This document shows positions 1 through 11,931 of a stretch of 64,000 bases of DNA, one piece after another (position 1 is the stretch's first letter; each line of letters starts with the position of its first letter). The notes beneath the pieces are model-generated. The model saw nothing but the letters and a program-made list of their open reading frames with translations. It had not been told where the DNA came from and ran no database searches. Source of the DNA: Centroscyllium fabricii (taxonomy: Eukaryota); assembly GCA_051313645.2 (NCBI GenBank), contig JBNRSN020000002.1, forward strand, positions 135,222,001 to 135,286,000, written 5' to 3'. The position numbers were made by a program, and so were the translations under genes.

Positions 1-645
1 TGGGAAACTTGGTGAGGCGCTAATGATTCACAGCATTCACAAAACTGGGTTTAGCACTCCAGGAAGGAAGTGGAGTGCTAAAGGACACAGGCTGGGCAGT
101 AGTTGTGCAGCGTTACACAATGGGCCATGCAGCGTTGCCGCATTCTGAGGCTCTTTCCCTCCCTTAAAGGAAAGGCCATCACTACAGACTCAGCATTGGG
201 ACCAGTTAGCTTGTCCCTGACAGCGGCCGCGATCCGGCTCATGCAGAGTGCCAGGCTGATCGATTGTGGCCCAGGAGAAACAAAAAAATTTGAACTAAAA
301 CATTTCAAAAATTGAGTTACTTACCTCGACAACCTCCCCTTTAACTTTCATCCCGAAGCGCCCAGCCTCCTGATCAACGCCTCCTGCAGCTGTCGGTGTC
401 GATGCTGCAGGGGGCGGAACCAAAGTTCAGGTCCAGAGCACTAACAGGGTGATGCGCACAGCAATGACGTCACAATCTCCGGGCGAAGGAGATCATGGCG
501 CGAAGTATTACCACTGTCGCAAACCTCTCACTGAAGTTCGCAGGAGTTATTCATCTCGCCGCACCTGGGCGGTAAGTCATTAGTGCCCTGTTATCGACCC
601 CTGGCGGCAATAACGGGAGGCGCTAAGGAGGCCAATTTCTAGCCC
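1..645. mobile_element. Right part of a GC-rich non-autonomous DNA transposon (Harbinger-like MITE)
   Basis: CpG-rich block ending ...gccaatttctagccc, which resembles the termini of the element at 3598-4302. The left end is outside the window. Confidence 0.4.
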
Positions 646-680
646 TGGATGTTTCCAAGTAAAATTCTTATTACTTATTG

Positions 681-837
681 ATAACAAAATACTGCAGATG
701 CTGGAAATCCAAAACAACAACAGAAAATGCTGGAAAAACTCATAAAGGGAACTACCCGAAACGTTGACTCTGTGTTTCTCTCCACCAATGCTGCCTGAAC
801 TGTTGAGTTTTTCCAGCATTTTCTGTTGTTGTTTCTA
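681..837. mobile_element. Short Penelope pLTR-type insertion with inverted arrangement
   Basis: 31-bp perfect inverted repeat (712-742 / 804-834), hammerhead-like remnant cccGAAACGTTgactc, flanking 11-bp direct repeat ATTACTTATTG (670-680, 838-848). Same family as 16262-16390 and 36696-36824. Confidence 0.65.
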
Positions 838-1398
838 ATTACTTATTGTTTGCCTTTAGTTCTGAGTTCTATGACATTGTGTGGCAAATGTCATTGTTTC
901 ATGTATGGCTATTCCATGTGACAATTTAATTGTGATGGAAGGGGCTTAGAGTCTGTTCAACCTAACAGATTAAGGAGAACAAAGCTGAGCAAGTTAGGCT
1001 CTCTTGAAAGCATGTAAAGAGGGAGTTAATAGAAATATTGAAGCTGTTTAGAAAATTCAGTGGTACAAACCAAGTGATTCCTCTTAGGAGCTCTTCAATT
1101 AAATCTTAACACGACAGCAAATTTATTGCAGCTTGATTGAATATTTTCTTCTTTCCTGGGGGAGGCATGTCCCTTTTCGATGTTATGAAAATAATGTGAT
1201 GAGAGACAGCACTTGCCTGAACAATTCATACATGAACCAATCAGTATAACACAAAAGTCAAATCTAAAGAGAACGAGATTGGGATGGAATTATTTCCATG
1301 CGACGGTGTAATTGTTCCACGTAATAGAAGGTTACTCATATGACAAATGCAAGAAGTCACACAACACCAGATTTATAGTCCAACGGTTTTATTTTAAA

Positions 1399-1435
1399 TC
1401 ACAAGCTTTCGGAGCGATGCTCCTTCGTCAGGTGA
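1399..1435 (-). ncRNA. Minimal type I hammerhead ribozyme motif (inverted-arm copy)
   Basis: Reverse complement reads TCAC CTGACGA A GGAGC ATC GCTCC GAA AGCT T GTGA, with a perfect stem II. Confidence 0.75.
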
Positions 1436-2257
1436 ACAGAGAGAGACTGAACTCAAAGATCACACATCGGGGGAGGGGAGAAATCCGATCTCATACACAT
1501 CTAACCCTAGAGCACACAAAGGCATATTAGCATATTTTAACACCTCAGTCTGCGAACAATGAGGCACAGTTGCAAGGGGGGTCAAATGCTGCAAAACACA
1601 CAGAATGATTTTTTTAAAAAGAGGCAAAAAAAGACAAAAATGTCCCTAGTCCGGATGACTCTACGTCAGGCGGGACATCAAAGCAGTCCAAGATTCTCCA
1701 ACACATCAAAAGGGTGCAGTCACAGGGCCAAACGCTAGTCTGCTGTAAATCCCACAGAATGACTTTTTTTATAAAAACCATGATTTTTCTTACTCAAAAT
1801 AGCAGAGCAAGCCGAAGATGGTTTGGGTCTGGACGACTCCACGCCAGGCGGGGTCACATGTAGCGTGACATAAACCCAATATCACGGTTGAGGCCGTGCT
1901 CATGGGTGCGGAACTTGGCAATCAGCCTCTGCTCGACGATTTTGCGTTGTCGTGTATCTCGAAGGCCACCCTGGAGAATGCTCACCCGAAGATCGGAAGC
2001 TGAATGTCCTTGACCGCTGAAATGTTCCCTGACTGGGAGGGAACACTCCTGCCTGGCGATTGTTGTGCAGTGCCCGTTCATCCGTTGTCGTAGTGTCTGC
2101 ATGGTCTCGCCAATGTACCATGCGCCGGGGCATCCTTTCCTGCAACATATGAGGTAGACAACATTGGTCGAGTTACATGAGTATGTACCATGTACCTGGT
2201 GTGTTGTGTCCTCACGTGTGATGATGGTATCTGTGCTGATGATTTGGCACGTTTTGC

Positions 2258-2836
2258 AGCCTTCAGCATGTCATTGATGATGACGAACACCTCGCTAAGG
2301 CCATCCCCGTGCCTCCACTACTCGCCTTCAAACAGCCGCCTAACCTCAAACAGACTATAGTTCGCAGCAAATTACCCAGCCTTCAGGAGAACAGCAACCA
2401 CGACACCACACAACCCTGCCACAGCAACCTCTGCAAAACGTGCCAAATCATCAGCACAGATACCATCATCACACGTGAGGACACAACACACCAGGTACAT
2501 GGTACATACTCATGTAACTCGACCAATGTTGTCTACCTCATACGTTGCAGGAAAGGATGCCCCGGCGCATGGTACATCGGCGAGACCATGCAGACACTAC
2601 GACAACGGATGAATGGGCACCGCGCAACAATCGCCAGGCAGGAGTGTTCCCTCCTAGTCGGGGAACATTTCAGCGGTCAAGGACATTCAGCTTCCGATCT
2701 TCGGGTGAGCATTCTCCAGGGTGGCCTTCGAGATACACGACAACGCAAAATCGTCGAGCAGAGGCTGATTGCCAAGTTCCGCACCCATGAGCACGGCCTC
2801 AACCGTGATATTGGGTTTATGTCACGCTACATGTGA
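2258..2836 (+). pseudogene. C-terminal GIY-YIG endonuclease part of the Penelope ORF (RT missing)
   Basis: PPLLAFKQPPNLKQ...CKTC...VVYLIRC...WYIGET...LRQRMNGH...EHF...EQRLI...GLNRD. The frame is open from the inversion junction. Confidence 0.9.
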
Positions 2837-3254
2837 CCCCGCCTGGCGTGGAGTCGTCCAGACCCAAACCATCTTCGGCTTGCTCTGCGATTTTGAGTAA
2901 GAAAAATCATGGTTTTTATAAAAAAAGTCATTCTGTGGGATTTACAGCAGACTAGCGTTTGGCCCTGTGACTGCACCCTTTTGATGTGTTGGAGAATCTT
3001 GGACTGCTTTGATGTCCTGCCTGACGTAGAGTCATCCGGACTAGGGACATTTTTGTCTTTCTTTGCCTCTTTTTAAAAAAATCATTCTGTGTGTTTTGCA
3101 GCATTTGACCCCCCTTGCAACTGTGCCTCATTGTTCGCAGACTGAGGTGTTAAAATATGCTAATATGCCTTTGTGTGCTCTAGGGTTAGATGTGTATGAG
3201 ATCGGATTTCTCCCCTCCCCCGATGTGTGATCTTTGAGTTCAGTCTCTCTCTGT

Positions 3255-3291
3255 TCACCTGACGAAGGAGCATCGCTCTGAAAGCTTGTGA
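3255..3291 (+). ncRNA. Minimal type I hammerhead ribozyme motif in the Penelope pLTR
   Basis: TCAC-CTGACGA-A-GGAGC atc GCTCT-GAA-AGCT-T-GTGA: catalytic core boxes, stem I TCAC/GTGA, stem II, palindromic stem III. Confidence 0.75.
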
Positions 3292-3597
3292 TTTAAAATA
3301 AAACCGTTGGACTATAAATCTGGTGTTGTGTGACTTCTTGCATTTGTCCACCCCAGTCCAACACCGGCACCTCCACATTATGACTCATATGACAGTGTAA
3401 TTGTTATCAGAGTGACTGCTGCCAACAAACCGGAAGCTACTGGAAACTGCGCAGAAGCATTCTGCACATAAATGTCAGGTCCCAAATCAGAAAAGTAACG
3501 TTCACCACAATACGTTACAAACCTCACAATACCTGAAATTTCCACCCCATCACCTTTCTCTCTCACCAATCTGCGAGAACACCAAAAAAAACACCTT

Positions 3598-4302
3598 GGG
3601 CCAGAAATTCCAGTCTGCCCATATCGGATTTAAGCTCTGGTGTGAGCGCACCAGAGCTTAAACCTGCAGGAAGCAGCCGGTTGCGCTGCTTCAGGTTTTC
3701 CTATGCCGGCCAGCGGGGGGGTTGGGGTTCCTGCGAGGGCCAGCGCAGGCACCAGCGAAGTACGGGTTGCGTCCAGCAATTCGGGTTTTAAAAAAAAACT
3801 TTTTCTACGGACCAAGACCAGGAGATTCTACGCTGGGTAAAAGCAGTCGTACGTATCCATTTTTATCTGGTAAGTGTGTATTTTATTGATTTTAATTGTT
3901 GTTTTTTCAGGTTTTTAATTGTTGATAACTTTTTAGACCTGTTGGAAGTTGAAATTTTTTTCTGTAAATTTTTATTTTTTCTTTAAAATATGTGGTGTTT
4001 TTAAAATTTTATTTTTGAGTTTAGATGTCTTTTGGGCAATCTCTCTTTTCAAAACTTGCACAGATTTCTCAGTGGAAGTTTTGAACGGAGGATTGGTTCC
4101 ACTGATCCCTGCCAATCACGTGGTCTCAAAAGCCATCTCGAACTAATTACGCCCTTCAGATGCCCATGAAGCTCGCACAGAGCTCTGACAAGCTGGGCTA
4201 ACTGCAATTTCTGAGTGCAAAAAAGCAAACCTGATTATGGGCAGTGCAAGTGCAACTAGCAGGTACTGCACCCGCACGAAGGCTCCACTGCAATTTATGG
4301 GC
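3598..4302. mobile_element. Non-autonomous DNA transposon (Harbinger-like MITE)
   Basis: Imperfect TIRs gggccagaaattcca / tgcaatttatgggcc, GC-rich ends with a T-rich core, no coding capacity. Confidence 0.45.
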
Positions 4303-4561
4303 CAATTGGCAGCAGTCACGTCCATCTTTATACCCTTTCCATTCAGTTCATATGAAATGGAGGTTTAGTTCAGGATATTACAGTCCCCGCCTTTTATAGT
4401 CGGTGTGTTGGTGTCAATATTCCTATTTATATGCAGTGGCTGGAGTAACCAATACATTTTTAAAAAGCATGGAGGGAATCTTCATCCTCCATCTCACCAT
4501 TTCCCACTCTGTCTAAATGCCCCAGTAATGGCCCAACTGGGGGAGGGGGAGAGAGAGAGAA

Positions 4562-5326
4562 AGATAGACTTGGCTGCCCAGAGAGGAAAGGCTGTGCTCC
4601 CACTGCAGTCAGGGAGTGGTGGAGACAGAGCTGCATTTCCTCACAACTTGTGAAAACTATCAGGACATAAGGGGGAATTTCTACCCAAAATTTGTAAAAA
4701 CATGCCCTGAATTCAAAAAATTGAATGACCACCAAAAACTCCCATATCTATTGGGGGAACAGAGGGACTGTATAAAATTAGCGGCAAACTACGTCACAGC
4801 TTGCCATAAGCAGAGGGACAACCAGTGACCACTGAAGCTAAGAAGAGTATATGTGATTTATATGTGGGTATATATGTATATGTTTGCATAGTTATCCATT
4901 CACTGTATGTCTGCATTTGTATGTTCAATTGTTTATGTCCTTTTTCTGTGCTTTGGCGGCATGGTGGCATAGTGGTTAGCACTGTTGCCTAACAGTGCTA
5001 GAGACCTGGGTTCAAATCTGGCCTCGGGTGACTGTGTGGAGTTTGCACATTCTCCCCGTGTCTGCATGGGTTTCCACCGGGTGCTCCGGTTTCCTCCCAC
5101 GGTCCAAAGATGTGCGGGTTAGGTTGATTGGCCAGGATAAATTGACCCTTAGTGTTAGGGGGATTAAATAGGTGGGGTTACGGGGATATGGTGGGATATG
5201 TGTCGGTGCAGGCTCGATGGGCCGAAATGGCCTCTATCTGCACTGTAGGGATTCTATGATTCTATGATTCTATGATAAGATGTATCTTGTCATGCCAATA
5301 AAGCAATTTGAATTGAATTGAATTGA
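4562..5326 (+). mobile_element. 3' end of RTEX-like LINE (copy 1), interrupted by a SINE
   Basis: Encodes ...TWLPREERLCSHCSQGVVETELHFLTTC (C-terminal CCHC motif), then 3'UTR, AATAAA and (TTGAA)n tail. Starts next to a (GA)n tract. Clade assignment is from recall. Confidence 0.7.
4955..5275 (+). mobile_element. HE1-like tRNA-derived V-SINE
   Basis: A box (TGGCATAGTGG), B box (GGTTCAAATC), V-domain (tgtgtggagtttgcacattctccccgtgtctgc...ctccggtttcctcccac), CR1-type (ATTCTATG)n tail. Confidence 0.88.
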
Positions 5327-5515
5327 GTGTGGGAATCACAGACTGGGCAGGGGGTGAGTGTGGGGATCACAGACTGGGTGGAGGGGGTGAGTGTGAGGAT
5401 CACAGACTGGGCGGGGGGTGAGTGTGAGGATCACAGACTGGGTGGGGTGTGAGTGTGAAGATCACAGACTGGGCAGGGGGTGAGTGTGGGAATACAAACT
5501 GGGTGGGGGGTGAGC
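5325..5515. repeat. Minisatellite, ~31-bp unit, about 6 copies
   Basis: Repeats of gagtgtg(g/a)ggatcacagactggg(c/t)ggggggt. Confidence 0.85.
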
Positions 5516-5900
5516 GAAAGATAGGAAACTGAGAAAAACCCTGACAATGTACAGACTTAGTGAGCATAGCCTAGCCATCGAAAAAGGCAGACACAGGCAG
5601 ACTTGGCTGCCCAGAGAGGAAAGGCTGTGCTCCCACTGTAGTCAGGGAGTGGTAGAGACAGAGCTGCATTTCCTCAGAACTTGTGAAAACTATCAGGACA
5701 TAAGGGGCAATTTCTACCCAAAATATGTAAAAACATGCCCTGAATTCAAAAATTTGAACGACCACCAAAACTTCCATATCTATTGGGGGAACAGAGGGTC
5801 TGTATAAAATTAGCGACAAACTCCGTCACAGCTTGCCATAAGCAGAGGGACAACCAGTGACCACTGAAGCTAAGAAGAGCATATGAGATTTATATGTGGG

Positions 5901-6907
5901 CCCCTTCATGGTTCTTTAGATATATGTGAGATGTGGTCTCTGTTATATGCAGTATTCTATAGTCCAGTAAGGAGGTCACTACTACAATGGCTTAATTCTA
6001 ATTATCTTACTTTATAGTTTTAACCTCAAACAGTATAAGAAGATTACAGGTCAATTAACTAAATTAGACATTTGTATACATTGGAATGAATCTAGACATA
6101 ATAAACATACATTCCCCATTTACATGGATTTAAAGGAGAATCTGTCCCTGATCCAAGTTTGAGTGCACTCTAGAATTTGTTCAATTAACACAACCTGTAT
6201 CAGGCCTCTTTTGTTGGTGTGCTTAAGTTGGAGCTCATGGTATGTATAATGTCTGATAGACTTACGACTCCGAACCCCTTCGTTGAATTCTCTTCATGAT
6301 CACTGGATCCCACTTTGACTTCTGGATGCAGAGCACGCAGCAGCAGCTGGAGTTGGTGACTCTCTCTCTCTGCAGCTTTTCCAAGGAGATCCCCATCAGC
6401 ACGAGGCAAGCAGCTCTCCCCAGACCTCCGCCTTGCAGATCTGGGTTCAGACGATGATCCCCCGGTACTGGTGACTTGCAGCCGGACAGTTCAGGATGCA
6501 GTGCTACTAATAAGAAGGGTGGCGACAGAGTTTGGAAGCCCGGGACAGGATGCAGCATCCATTTGCCTCCTGAGCCCTCTTTCCAGAGCGCCTGCCCTCT
6601 CTCTTCCAGTCTGTGTCTCAAGCTCTGGCCGTTGTCTCTCTGCCACCAAAATGTAACCCTGAGGGTCACATGGGGCCTGTTTTTCCCGCCGAAAATAGGT
6701 CAGCTGTCCTAGGGTTGCTGCTGGAGACTGCGCAGCCTCACTGTTTGCAACATTGTGTTCTTAAAAGTTCTTGCTGTACTTTTACATTGGCAACTTTAAC
6801 CCAGGGATTTATAACAATGATAATACAGTGTCTAAGTTAAAGATTTATAACATAACATAAATATATTTATAACATAGCATAAATATATTTATAACATAAC
6901 ATTTCCA
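5901..6907. mobile_element. Unclassified ~1.0-kb insertion, possibly solo-LTR-like
   Basis: Interrupts the LINE 3'UTR relative to copy 1. Flanked by GTGGG direct repeats (5896-5900, 6908-6912). Holds a 22-bp tandem repeat at 6843-6901. Confidence 0.55.
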
Positions 6908-6957
6908 GTGGGTATTACATATGTATATGTTTGCATAGTTATCCATTTACTGTATGT

Positions 6958-8327
6958 CTGGAGTCTATAGTAAAGGATGTAATAGCTGAGCACTTGAAAA
7001 TCAGTGGCAGGATCGGACAAAGTCAACATGGATTTACAAAAGTTAAATCGTGCTTGACTAATCTACTGGAATTTTTTGAGGAAGTAACTGGGAAAATTGA
7101 TCAGGGAGAACCAGTAGATGTGGTGTACTTAGACTTTCAGAAGGCGTTCGACAAGGTCCTGCACAAGAGATTAGCATGTAAAGTTAGGGCACATGGGATT
7201 GGGGGCAAGGTATTGACTTGGATTGAGAATTGGTTGGTGGACAGAAAGCAGAGAGTAAGAGTAAATGGGTCTTTTTCTGAGTGGCAGGCAGTGACTAGTG
7301 GGGTACCGCAGGGATCAGTTCTGGGACCCCAGCTATTCACAATATACATTAATGATTTAGAAAAGGGAACTAAATGTAATGTGTCCAAGTTTGCAGATGA
7401 CACAAAGCTGGGCGGGCGTGTGTGCTGCAAGGAGGATACCAGGAAGCTCAAGGATGATTTGGATAGGTTGGGCGAGTGGGCTGAGATGTGGCAGATGCAG
7501 TATAATGTGGATAAATGCGAGGTTATCCCTTTGAGGGCAAAAACAGAAATGCCGACTATTATCTGAATGGCAATAGATTGGGAGAAGGGGAAGTACAATG
7601 AGACCTGGGTGTCCTTGTGCACCAGTCACTGAAGGTGAGCATGCAGGTGCAGCAGGCGGTTAAGAAGGCAAATGGTATGTTGGCCTTCATAGCGAAAGGG
7701 TTCGAGTACAGGAACAGGGAGGTTTTGCTGCAGTTGTACAGGGCCTTGGTGAGACCACACCTTGAGTACTATGTGCAATTTTGGTCTCCTTATCTAAGGA
7801 AGGACGTTCTTGCCATGGAGGGAGTGCAGAGAAGATTCACCAGGCTGATACCTGGGATGGCAGGATTGAGGTATGAGGAGAGGTTGGGCAGACTGGGTTT
7901 GTACTCTCTGGAGTTTAGAAGATTGAGAGGGGATCTCATCGAAACGTATAAAATTCTAACTGGTCTGGACAAACTTGATGCAGGAAGAATGTTCCCGATT
8001 ATCAGAGAGTCCAGAACCAGGGGTCATAGTCTAAGGATAAAGGGTAACTCATTTAAGACAGTGATGAGGAGGAATTTCTTCACCCAGAGAGTGGTGAACC
8101 TGTGGAATTCTCTGCCACAGAGGGCGGTGGAGGCTAGTTCATTGAATATATTCAAGAAAGAGCTGGATGTATTTCTTAAGGCTAGAGGGATCAAGGGATA
8201 TGGGGAGAAGGCAGGGACAGGGTACTGAGTTTGGATGATCAGCCATGATCTCATTGAATGGCGGAGCAGACTCGAGGGGCCGACTGGCCTACTCCTGCTC
8301 CTATCTTCTATGTTTCTATGTTTCTAT
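6958..8327 (+). mobile_element. 5'-truncated CR1 LINE (RT domain and 3'UTR), one frameshift
   Basis: QHGF...SCLTNL...YLDFQKAFDKV...GVPQGSVLGP...FADDTK. Frameshift near 7530. Ends in a (TTCTATGT) tail. Confidence 0.93.
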
Positions 8328-9159
8328 CTGCATTTGTATGTTCAATTGTATATGTCCTTTTTCTGTGCTTTGGCAACATAAGATGTATCTTGTCATGCCA
8401 ATAAAGCAATTTGAATTGAAATTGAATTGAATAGTGGTCTGGTCAGTTTCACCTGTAGTTTTGGAGAGTTGAACAGGGCTGAAGTAGCAGTGGTCTGGTC
8501 AGTTTCACCTGAAGGTGGCAGAACTTAATGACAGGCAATCGCCCTTTAATGAAGTGCGAACAGCTGCTTGAATTTCCCAGAATAACCAGCCCAATTAATA
8601 CGGTTTATGCGGTGCCTTTGTAATTGATGTCTATGGTAATAAAAAATGGTTAGTGCCACTTGCCCAATAGAGGTGGTTGTCTCTAGGATAAGTGGAGGCG
8701 GAGTAAGTGGTGGTGACTATAATTGTCCTGAATTTCTAAAGTTTTTTTAAAATCTACTTATTTCATTTGTAGGACTTGAAGGAAAATCTTAAACAAGACA
8801 TTTTCTTCAGCTTGCTGACCATTGCAGTCACCATCTATTGAGGTTCCTTTTTAATTTCATTATACTGTCTTAAACATTTCTGGCAAAAAATGATTCTGCT
8901 TACGTAAAATACAAAGAAATTAAGAATAATTTCAACATTTTTCTCCTGACAGGGATCTGTGCCCACTGTGAGTGCATATTGGGTTGGGAACTCTTGCAGA
9001 TGCTACCAACAATCTTCCATCCATTACTGCAGAGGAAGTGTGGGCAGTCTGTGCCCAGATTCCACATATGAACTCTCAGCAGACGAGGCTCCTCACCAGA
9101 AATGCAATGTCATAAAATTAACCCTGTCATATCAAACAATTAAAAGATGCTGAACATTC

Positions 9160-9472
9160 GGGCGGCACGGTGGCATAGTGGTTAGCACTGGTGCCTCACA
9201 GCACTAGAGACCCGGGTTCAAATCCAGCCTCGGGTACTATCTGTGTGGAGTTTGCACATTCTCCCCGTGTCTGCGTGGGTTTCCTCCGGGTGCTCCTGTT
9301 TCCTCCCACAGTCCAAAGATGTGCGGGTTAGGTTGATTGGCCAGGATAAATTGACCCTTAGCGTTAGGGGGATTAAATATGTGGGGTTACGGGGATAGAG
9401 TGGGATATGTGTCGGTGCAGGCTCGATGGGCCGAAATGGCCTCTATCTGCACTGTAGGGATTCTATGATTCT
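9160..9472 (+). mobile_element. HE1-like V-SINE
   Basis: Near-identical to 4955-5275, with A/B boxes, V-domain and ATTCTATG tail. Confidence 0.88.
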
Positions 9473-10231
9473 TTAAATCAGAATTGTTAAATGCAAAATG
9501 CCTTGGTTCACTGTATTCTTAGCCTTATCATTTGTCACTCTTTCATATGCGTAAAACTTTGGAAACTTTCATTCTGTATAAGGTCCTTTATCCTTGTATG
9601 TCAGCTATTTATCATTTCTGAAAAGCATACAGGCAGACGAGTGCAGTCCACCATCAATAAATATGTAGCTCCATAGGAGATGAAATATTTTCAACCTTTA
9701 TCTTGCTCCTTAAATTATTTACCATTGAGATTACCTATATCACAGGTTGACAGATATTTGTATTGCAAAAAATAAATAAAGATTCAGTCAATTCGTTTAA
9801 TAAGAGTGCTTTGCTGCCGTTGTGCTTTAAGTGGCTCCAGCAGTTTTTTTTAATTCTTGTTTTGTCATGCCGAGGCAGCCCATTGAGTGGGCAACAGATC
9901 ACTGTCCAATTGCACAAAGTTAGGTGCATGTTTCGCTGTGTACCCATCCTGCTAACAATGTACCCATGTCCGAATATTTACCCTTGTGCATAGATCATAA
10001 TTTTCTGGCAAATTTTTGAGGATCATACTGAAGTGTGGAATAAAGGAAAGCAAATAAAACTCTGATCAAATGTAACAAATATCTTTTTTTATTCCTTCTG
10101 CCACTTTTTGGGGAAATTGTGATTTTAAAATAATTGATATATTTTATGTAGAATCTATCATCTCCCACAGACTGCAATATAAAGCAATCAGTTGACACTC
10201 CAATATGGTAAAGCAACAGGGGTTCTTCATT

Positions 10232-10890
10232 TTTTTTAAATTCATTGTTGGGATGTGGGCGTCGCTGGCTGGCTAGGCCTGCATTTAGTGCCCATCCCTA
10301 ATTGCCCTTGAGAAGATGGTGGTGAGCCGCCTTCTTGAACCGCTGCAGTCCATATGGTGTAGGTACACCCACAATGTTGTTAGGAAGGGAGTTCCAGGAT
10401 TTTGGCCCAGCGACAGTGAAGGAGCGGCGATACAGGTCCAAGTCAGGATGGTGTGTGGCTTGGAGGGGAACTTGCAGGTGGTGCTGTTCCCATGCGTCTG
10501 CTGCCCTTGTCCTTCTAAGTGGTAGAGGTCGCGGGTTTGGAAGGTGCTGTTGAAGGAGCTTTGGCGAGTTGCTGCAGTGCATCTTGTAGATGGTACACAC
10601 TGCAGCCACAGTGCGCCGGTGGTGGAGGGAGTGAATGTTGAAGGTGGTGGATGGAGTGCCAATCAAGCGGCCTGCTTTATCCTGAATGGTGTCGAGCTTC
10701 TTGAATGTTGTTGGAGCTGCACTCATCCAGGCAAGTGGAGAGTATCCCATCACACTCCTGACTTGTGCCTTGTAGATGGTGGAAAGTCTTTGGGGAGTCA
10801 GGAGGTGAGACACTCGCCGCAGAATTCCCAGCCTCTGGCCTGCTCTTGTAGCCACAGGATGTTGATAGTGGGGGATTCAGCGATGATAAT
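10232..10890 (-). mobile_element. 3' part of an L2/CR1-group LINE
   Basis: Minus-strand ORF ...LSTIYKAQVRSVMGYSPLAW...LDTIQDKA...SWNSLP...FKKAAHHHLLKGN, with the same 3' end as 28066-28388. Confidence 0.8.
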
Positions 10891-11039
10891 GCCATTGAAT
10901 TCTTGGAGGTCATTCCACAATATAAACTATAATGTAAGTTTGTTGTGTATTTAAGCTTTCCTGCATGAATAGAAAGGATTGCTATGAGGAAGAAAGTTAC
11001 ATTTTGTTTGTCATCAAAATGTTTTGACCTCCCCACCAG

Positions 11040-11455
11040 TTTTATTTTCCTTCTCCAATTTTTCCCATGATATTTTACCTTTATACTACTGAAGCTGGTG
11101 ACTTAAGCTGAGGGAGAGTTCCGCAGGCAGAAGCTGCCTTCTGGTACCTCATCCAAGTAGCTGATATTCATGGGGTGAGTCTGAACAATGAATGTGGGTG
11201 AAGTATTTAACTGTGGGAGGCATCACAACTGAATCCAGCAGTGTCAATTCTTCTGTCCATAAACTAACAATTCCAGTCAAGGTAACTCAATAGCATTCAG
11301 GAAAAGAAAGCTTGGCTGAAATTATTTTCCCTTGCCTAATAATGTTGGTAGGAATTTCCTGACTGCCATTCCAGCTAAAATTGGGCAACTCAGTACAGTT
11401 TACAAGACTTTTTCTGGTGTGAATGGCTCACTGTTACGTGATACATTTACCCACA
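11040..11455 (-). mobile_element. Old degenerate SINE-like repeat
   Basis: Patchy similarity by eye to 58560-58945 (e.g. ggtacctc..ccaagt.g...attc.tcatg.gt). Confidence 0.3.
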
Positions 11456-11931
11456 TTTGCTTCATCATAGATATCAACCAACAGGTAGGAGTCTCCCTCC
11501 TGCTGCATCTCAGCCAAATTTTACTGAGTACCAATGTTATGTAGTTTGGTACTGAGCTGTCGGGAGCCCTTTTACTTGTTGGTCAATACTCCTAAATATC
11601 CAATAAATAATAAATATTTTTATGTGTACATTGATGTGGAAGGGGCTCCTGGACAGAGGTAGCAGTCGATGGCAGCAGCAGGACCAGGGCAGGAGTTTTT
11701 CGCGGGTCTTTCTTTTCAACAGCAGGCAGCGGGACGGTACTAGGAGGAGACAACAGGAGGCGGCGGCTATAAAGGCAAGCAGGGTAAGTGATTTTTTTAT
11801 TTTTATTTTTATTTCTTTTTCTGAGGTCTCTGTGGTATAACGGGGACTTCTGATAGACTAGCACCCTAGTATATATCTTGTTTTTTTGGTGGTGTTAAAT
11901 TTTTTTGCAAAAGTAATTAGAGGGGTACGTC

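Larger units (their letters stand above)
1342..3382. mobile_element. Penelope-like retroelement, 5'-truncated, as an inverted duplication
   Basis: Arms 1342-2259 (-) and 2431-3348 (+), 918 bp each and nearly identical. Contains GIY-YIG endonuclease coding sequence. Direct repeat ACTCATATGACA at 1334-1345 and 3383-3394. Confidence 0.92.
5516..8431 (+). mobile_element. 3' end of RTEX-like LINE (copy 2), split into 5516-5900, 6908-6960 and 8326-8431 by two nested insertions
   Basis: ORF MYRLSEHSLAIEKGRHRQTWLPREERLCSHC. The pieces join colinearly with copy 1 and end in AATAAA plus a (TTGAA)n tail. Confidence 0.75.

Noticed and set aside
4955-5030. tRNA-like sequences (also 9160, 16699, 19011, 22885)
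   Set aside because: They are SINE or LINE heads continuing into repeat bodies, not standalone tRNA genes.
8432-8512. Short direct repeat (agtggtctggtcagtttcacctg x2), and another at 44847-44880
   Set aside because: Isolated local duplications with no further structure.
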